DNA of 64,000 nt from an uncultured delta proteobacterium (GTDB lineage Bacteria; Myxococcota_A; Polyangia; Polyangiales; Polyangiaceae), in assembly GCA_963782055.1 (NCBI GenBank), contig CAWAIF010000003.1:160001-224000 (forward strand), read 5' to 3'. The stretch's first letter is position 1. Each line of letters begins with the position of its first letter. Below the pieces are notes generated by a model that did not search any database, was not told the DNA's origin, and worked only from the letters and a program-made list of their open reading frames with translations. Made by a program: the position numbers and the translations under genes. Positions 58,927-64,000 of this stretch are shown here, piece by piece.

Positions 58927-60510
58927 TCAGACCTCGCCCTTCTCCCCGCCCGGCGTCGTCCAGTGCACCTTGTAGAGGTCCGTCCGGCGGTCGTTCCAGT
59001 TGCGCACCGTGCCCGCACGGCGCGCGCGGCGCAGCAGCTCGGTGTCCAGATCGTGGGTGATGACCGTCTCGATGTTGGGCGAGGCCTCCGCCGCGATGCC
59101 GTCGCGCGCGAAGGCGATGTCCGACGGCGTGAAGATGCCCGACGCCGCGTAGTGGGTGTCGGCGTTCTCCACCGAGGGCAGGTTGCCCACGCACCCCGAG
59201 GCCACGACGTAGATCTGGTTCTCCACGCAGCGCGCCTGCGCGCAGTAGCGCACACGCAGGTAGCCGTTGCGATCGTTGGTGTTGAAGGGCACGAAGATGA
59301 TCTGCGCGCCCCTGTCCGCGGCGATGCGCACCAGCTCGGGGAACTCGATGTCGTAGCAGACGAGGATGGCGATGCGCCCGCGGTCGGTCTCGAAGACCTC
59401 GACCTTGTCCCCGCCGCGGATGCCCCACCAGCGGCTCTCGTTGGGGGTGGCGTGGACCTTGTACTGCCGCGCGATGCTCCCGTCGCGGCGGAACAGGTAC
59501 GCGACGTTGTAGAGGCGCTCCTCCTCCAGGGTGAACTGGGTGCCGCCGATGATGTTGACGTTGTAGCGGATGGCCAGGTCGGCGAAGAGGCGGAGGTACT
59601 GGTCGGTGAAATCGGCCAGCGTGCGCGCCGCCGCGCCGGGGCGTGAGCTCTTCACCAGGGACAGGAGCTGCAGCGTGAAGAGCTCCGGGAAGAGGACGAA
59701 GTCGCTCTTGGAGTCCGACGCCACGTCGACGAAGAACTCCACCTGCCGGGCGAACTCCTCGAAGCTGGCGACGCGCCTCATCTTGTACTGCACCGCGGAG
59801 ACGCGCACCGGGGCGAAGGTGCGGCGCGAGCGGAAGCCGTGGTTGCCGTGGTGGTCGAGGTTCGGCCACTCCAGGCAGGTCGCCCAGCCGGAGGAGTCCT
59901 CGTCGCTGGGCAGGTAGTCGGGCACCAGCTCGCGCAGCACGAACCCGTTGGCGAGCTGCGTTGTGAGCACCGGGTCGTAGAGCGACTTCTCCATGACGCG
60001 CTCGACGTACTCGCGCGCGGTCATCTCGTCCTTGTGCTTGGCGTAGCCGGGGATGCGGCCGCCGACGATCATGCGGGCGAGGTCGCGCTCGCGGCAGAGG
60101 TCCTTGCGCGCCTGGTAGAGGCGCCGCGCGAGCTTCATCCCGCGCATCGCCGGGTCGACCTGGATCTCGATGCCGTAGAGGGTGTCGCCCTCGGGGTCGT
60201 GGTTGCGGATGAAGCCGTGGTCGGAGAGCTCCATCCAGTTGCTCCAGTCGGAGTAGTCGGAGTACTCGACGACGAGGCTCGCGGAGGAGGCCACGAGCTT
60301 CCCCTCGAAGAAGATGCCGACCTGACCCTCCGGGAAGGTGGCGTGCTGGCTGTCGAACTGCTCCCGCGTCCAGGTCTTCATCTTGGGGAAGCACCGGAGC
60401 TGAAGCGCGACGACGGCGTCGAAGTCCTCCGGGCCGAGGCGGCGGAGCTCGATGCGCTTCTGGAAGTCCTCGAAGGATGCGGTCACGTTCTCTCCTTTCG
60501 CGATCGCCAA
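58927..60510 (-). CDS. bifunctional GNAT / carbon-nitrogen hydrolase (nitrilase family)
   Basis: FPEGQ, VDPAMRGMKLARRLY; FPELF, QYKVH, VCYDIEFPE catalytic triad. Confidence 0.93.
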   Translation of the reverse strand: MAIAKGENVTASFEDFQKRIELRRLGPEDFDAVVALQLRCFPKMKTWTREQFDSQHATFPEGQVGIFFEGKLVASSASLVVEYSDYSDWSNWMELSDHGFIRNHDPEGDTLYGIEIQVDPAMRGMKLARRLYQARKDLCRERDLARMIVGGRIPGYAKHKDEMTAREYVERVMEKSLYDPVLTTQLANGFVLRELVPDYLPSDEDSSGWATCLEWPNLDHHGNHGFRSRRTFAPVRVSAVQYKMRRVASFEEFARQVEFFVDVASDSKSDFVLFPELFTLQLLSLVKSSRPGAAARTLADFTDQYLRLFADLAIRYNVNIIGGTQFTLEEERLYNVAYLFRRDGSIARQYKVHATPNESRWWGIRGGDKVEVFETDRGRIAILVCYDIEFPELVRIAADRGAQIIFVPFNTNDRNGYLRVRYCAQARCVENQIYVVASGCVGNLPSVENADTHYAASGIFTPSDIAFARDGIAAEASPNIETVITHDLDTELLRRARRAGTVRNWNDRRTDLYKVHWTTPGGEKGEV

Positions 60511-60597
60511 GGGTACGGCCCCGAGGCCGCTTGCACCATGACGAAGACCGCGGCGGCGGCGCGCGCCGCGACGCGTGCTCCCACCTGCCCCGCGCGA

Positions 60598-61566
60598 CTA
60601 CATCTCGACGCGATCCCGGCCCGCGTGCTTGGCGCGGTAGAGGGCCTGGTCGGCGCGCTCCAGCCAGTCCTCCAGCAGCGCTTCGGAGGAGGTGCCCGCC
60701 TGGTGACGCAGCTCGGCGACCCCGGCGCTGATGGTGAGGACCGGACGTGACTCCCCGGGCGCGTGCGGGATGGCGGCGCGCGTCACGGCCCCGCGCACGC
60801 GCTCCATGGCGAGCCGAGCCGTCTGCGCCGTCTGCTGGGGGAAGACGACCAAAAACTCCTCCCCGCCGTAGCGGTAGAGCAGGTCGCCCTTGCGTAGCTC
60901 CTCGCCGATGACCCGGGCGATGCTCCGCAGCACCTCGTCCCCGGCCAGGTGGCCGTAGTGGTCGTTGTAGGCCTTGAAGTGGTCGATGTCGCAGAGCGCG
61001 GCCGAGTAGTGCTGCTCGTAGCGGAGGGCGTTGTGGGCGAAGGCGCCCAGGTCCTCGTTCAGGGCCAGCCGGTTGCGGACGCGCGTCAGCGCGTCGATGC
61101 GCGCCGCCTTGAAGTTGCTCTCGCTGTCGCGGCGCAGGGAGCGGTTGCGCGCGCTCAGCGCCCGGTGCAGTCCCACCACGCGGCGCGCGGCGATCATGCG
61201 CGCCCGCAGCTCGTCGAAGTCCACGGGCTTGGAGATGTAGTCGTCGGCGCCGGCGCGCATGCCCTCCAGCAGGTGGGTCTTGTCGTCCAGCGCGGTGACG
61301 AAGACGAAGTAGACGTACGCGCCGCCGCGGCGCCTCACCTCGTGGCACAGCTCGAGGCCGGAGAGGCGCGGCATGCGCCAGTCGGCGACCACCACGTCCA
61401 CGTGCGCGACGTGCAGGATCTCCAGCGCCTCGACCCCGTCCCGCGCGGTCATGCACGTGTGACCCAGCTCCCGCAGAGTGGTCGCGAGGCCTCGCCGTGA
61501 CCCCTCGTCGTCGTCGACGACGAGGACGTTCATCCCGGTGGTCTCGTTGGGGTCGAGCGGATTCAC
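60598..61566 (-). CDS. REC-GGDEF diguanylate cyclase
   Basis: VLVVDDD, ADWRMP; DIDHFKAYND, RKGD I-site, YRYGGEEF; start could be ATG 61533. Confidence 0.95.
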   Translation of the reverse strand: MNPLDPNETTGMNVLVVDDDEGSRRGLATTLRELGHTCMTARDGVEALEILHVAHVDVVVADWRMPRLSGLELCHEVRRRGGAYVYFVFVTALDDKTHLLEGMRAGADDYISKPVDFDELRARMIAARRVVGLHRALSARNRSLRRDSESNFKAARIDALTRVRNRLALNEDLGAFAHNALRYEQHYSAALCDIDHFKAYNDHYGHLAGDEVLRSIARVIGEELRKGDLLYRYGGEEFLVVFPQQTAQTARLAMERVRGAVTRAAIPHAPGESRPVLTISAGVAELRHQAGTSSEALLEDWLERADQALYRAKHAGRDRVEM

Positions 61567-61593
61567 GGCCGATCCTTGCCTGGAGCATCCAGT

Positions 61594-61609
61594 AGCAAGC
61601 CGTGTTCCG
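61594..61609 (-). promoter_or_regulatory. possible sigma54 promoter of the diguanylate cyclase
   Basis: - strand CGGAACACGGCTTGCT (GG-N10-GC, TTGCT). Confidence 0.4.
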
Positions 61610-61709
61610 CAGCCGCATTCGGCCTTGCGTGAGGCTGGCTCAGCTTGCCCCAGCGCACGCAATGCGTCCGTCCGCAATCGGAGCATCGCGTGGGGAGCCC
61701 GCGCCCACG

Positions 61710-62303
61710 TCAGGTGTCGAGCGCCTGGCGGAGCAGCTCCAGCATACGGTACGTCAGACCCCACACGCGGTGGCCGTTCACGTCCAGGCAGGGGAAGGTC
61801 CACACGCCGGACTCGTGCGTGTACTCGAAGGTGCCGGCGCCCTCCCCCCGGACGAGCGGGCCGAGCGGGGTCCACAGCGCCTCCGCCACCTCGGCGTTGG
61901 GGCGCAGCTCGCCGATGTCGGCCGCGGCGAAGACGAAGGGGGTGATGGTGAGGTCGGCGCGCTGGCTGCGCGCGAAGGCGGGCAGATCGGGGAGACGACG
62001 CAGCAGGCGGGCGTCGCGCTCGAGATGGATCCCCACCTCCTCCTGCGCCTCCCGGATCGCGGTATCGAGGAGGGTCGCGTCGGTGCGATCGCGCCGGCCG
62101 CCGGGGAAGGCCATGTGGCCGGACCACGGATCCCCCTCCCGCTCGGCCCGGCGGATGAGCAGGATCTCCGCTTCCTCCGGGCCATGCCGCAGGACGGCGG
62201 CGACCGCCGCGCGTGGGCCCGCCGCGTCCTCCGCCGCCGTCGCCGCCTCGGACCCACGGCGCAGCGCTTCGCTCACGCTCGCGAGGTCGAAGACGCGCAT
62301 CAC
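61710..62303 (-). CDS. NUDIX hydrolase, CoA pyrophosphatase family
   Basis: DPWSGHMAFPGG..TAIREAQEEVG; VWGLTYR; TTGACG-N17-TAGCCA upstream. Confidence 0.93.
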   Translation of the reverse strand: MMRVFDLASVSEALRRGSEAATAAEDAAGPRAAVAAVLRHGPEEAEILLIRRAEREGDPWSGHMAFPGGRRDRTDATLLDTAIREAQEEVGIHLERDARLLRRLPDLPAFARSQRADLTITPFVFAAADIGELRPNAEVAEALWTPLGPLVRGEGAGTFEYTHESGVWTFPCLDVNGHRVWGLTYRMLELLRQALDT

Positions 62304-62367
62304 GCTCTTTGGCTAGCCACCCGCGCTCGCTTCGTCAACCTCCGCGCGGTTGAGCTACACTGCGGCC

Positions 62368-62874
62368 ATGGTCCCCTTCGCCCGCTCGCTCGTCGCCTGC
62401 TCCCTCGCCGTCCTCGGTGTCGTCGCGTGCAGCGGTGGAGGCGGGCCGGCCGCCGACTTCACCGGCAACTATACGGTTGCCATCACCAACAAGGACAACG
62501 GCTGCAACTACCCCAACTGGACCGTGGGCAACACCGCCAGCGGCATCCCGCTGACCGTCACGCAGAGCGGCGACTCGGTCACCGGCACCGTCACCGGCCT
62601 CACCGGGACGTACATGAACCTCGTGCTCGGCACGAACACGTTCACCGGGAGCGGCAGCGGCGCCACCGTCACCCTCACCGCGTACGGCACGCGCAACGCC
62701 ACGAGCGGCAACTGCGCTTACACCACCAACGCCATCATCTCCGCGACGCTGACGGGCGACGCCCTGCAGGGCACCATCTCGTACACCCCCAAGACGAACG
62801 GCAGCCCCGACTGCGGCGCGCTCGCCAGCTGCGCCTCGGTCCAGGCCATGTCCGGCGCGCGCCCCCCGAAGTGA
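62368..62874 (+). CDS. hypothetical lipoprotein
   Basis: VVAC lipobox; Thr/Gly-rich beta-strand domain. Confidence 0.75.
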   Translation: MVPFARSLVACSLAVLGVVACSGGGGPAADFTGNYTVAITNKDNGCNYPNWTVGNTASGIPLTVTQSGDSVTGTVTGLTGTYMNLVLGTNTFTGSGSGATVTLTAYGTRNATSGNCAYTTNAIISATLTGDALQGTISYTPKTNGSPDCGALASCASVQAMSGARPPK

Positions 62875-62881
62875 GTCGACG

Positions 62882-63631
62882 TCAGCGCGACTCGTAGACG
62901 CGTCGCGCGGGGAGCTCGAGGCAGGTGAGGAAGCCTCCCTTGCCGCAGCCGGTGTCGGTGACGATCACGTTCTCGCCGACCCACATGTCGAGCGGGTCCT
63001 CGGGGGTGAAGCTGGAGAGCTCCGGCGGGAGGTTGTCCGTCGAGGTGTGGCCGACGACGACCAGCTTGCCGCGGTACTCCAGGAAGAACTGCATGGTGCG
63101 GACCCAGAGGAGCACCGGCTTGTGATCGACCTCGGAGGGGTGGAGGAAGCGGCCGTCGTGGACGGGCAGGCCGGCGTGGACGTAGATGGCGTGATCGTCC
63201 TCGTAGTAGTAGCCGAGCGAGTCCATCCAGGAGATGACCTCGTCCGGGAGGAAGTCGCCCGCGAGCATGTGCGCCGTCTCCTCCTGCGTGGGGAGATCGC
63301 CCTGCGCGTACGACTTGCCGGCGAAGGAGCGGTACGCCGCCAGGCAGCCGTTGCCCTCCGGCATGACGAACTCCGGCCAGCCGCCGGAGACCACGCGCAG
63401 CCAGCCGTCCTCGTGGTTGCCGCGCAGGGTCACCAGCTTGGCGGGCGTGACGGTGGGGAGTCGGTTGCGCAGGAAGTCGACGACGTGGGCGGTGTGCGGC
63501 CCGCGGTCGAAGTAGTCGCCCAGGAAGACGAGCGTGTCCTCCGCGTCGAGCTGGGGGAGCTTCCCCATGACGCGGGCGAGCGCGTCGATGTCCCCGTGTA
63601 TGTCACCCACTGCGAAGGTCCGCTTGGCCAC
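62882..63631 (-). CDS. PPP-family metallophosphoesterase (Ser/Thr phosphatase-like)
   Basis: GDIHG, GDYFDRG, RGNHE, VHAG, VGHT, DTG. Confidence 0.94.
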   Translation of the reverse strand: MAKRTFAVGDIHGDIDALARVMGKLPQLDAEDTLVFLGDYFDRGPHTAHVVDFLRNRLPTVTPAKLVTLRGNHEDGWLRVVSGGWPEFVMPEGNGCLAAYRSFAGKSYAQGDLPTQEETAHMLAGDFLPDEVISWMDSLGYYYEDDHAIYVHAGLPVHDGRFLHPSEVDHKPVLLWVRTMQFFLEYRGKLVVVGHTSTDNLPPELSSFTPEDPLDMWVGENVIVTDTGCGKGGFLTCLELPARRVYESR

Positions 63632-63695
63632 GGCCCCATCCTACTCTGGTCGCCCCGGAGTGGACAATCCGCGGGCCGCGAGGCGCGCGCCGCGG

Positions 63696-64000
63696 CTACT
63701 TCGACGCCGCGGGCGGGGGCCACGCCGGGAGCTTGAGCCCGCTGGGCATCGCCGAGGGCACCAGGTTCGTCGGGATGCCGGAGGGGAGCGTCGTGGGCAT
63801 GCCGGAGGGGACGGCGAAGGCGGGCAGCGCGGAGGGGACCAGCCCGGGCGGGATCCCCAGGGCCGGCAGGCCGCCCTCCGGCACCTGCATCACTCCGCCG
63901 TCCTGCAGCTTCACGCCCACCGCGCCGTTGGGCATCGTGACGAGCTGCGGCTTCGCGGTACTCCCGCCGAGCGGCGCCAGCGCGGCGGCGGTCGTCGTGG
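63696..64000 (-). CDS. 3' end of a Pro-rich hypothetical protein, truncated by the window edge
   Basis: Frame stays open to the window end; PSG repeats; stop at 63696. Confidence 0.55.
   Translation of the reverse strand, partial: TTTAAALAPLGGSTAKPQLVTMPNGAVGVKLQDGGVMQVPEGGLPALGIPPGLVPSALPAFAVPSGMPTTLPSGIPTNLVPSAMPSGLKLPAWPPPAASK

Overview
Very GC-rich, gene-dense chromosomal window with the hallmarks of a myxobacterium (Myxococcota, probably Polyangiales; inferred from gene content): Ser/Thr kinases, an AglZ-like coiled-coil regulator, a TIGR02266/PilZ protein, DUF4388 regulators, Cys-rich lipoproteins and a TonB-fused receptor. I call about 55 CDS and one tRNA-Gln(UUG), and see no CRISPR array, integrase or IS. 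Ordinary content: an RND efflux trio, trxA, hisIE, rimI, add, NUDIX and phosphatase genes, and a diguanylate cyclase. Most interesting: (1) a stripped-down chemosensory operon (REC-DUF4388/MshEN-like regulator, CheW, sensor-less MCP remnant, double-Hpt CheA, no CheR/CheB); (2) SppA fused to an N-terminal FadL/PorV-like outer-membrane barrel; (3) a NikR regulon with two matching GTAGCA-N16-TGCTAC operators in front of a TonB-fused receptor and a TonB gene; (4) an apparently circularly permuted DHH phosphoesterase; (5) a CCA-enzyme-like HD protein with no nucleotidyltransferase head; (6) a tiny Arg/Asp-repeat ORF that could bind c-di-GMP; (7) phased DnaA-box-like repeats upstream of a sigma54 promoter; (8) many apparently leaderless genes; (9) two apparent +1 T insertions in the same GGAT^C context, probably assembly errors. 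All family calls come from motif recognition by eye, not from database searches.
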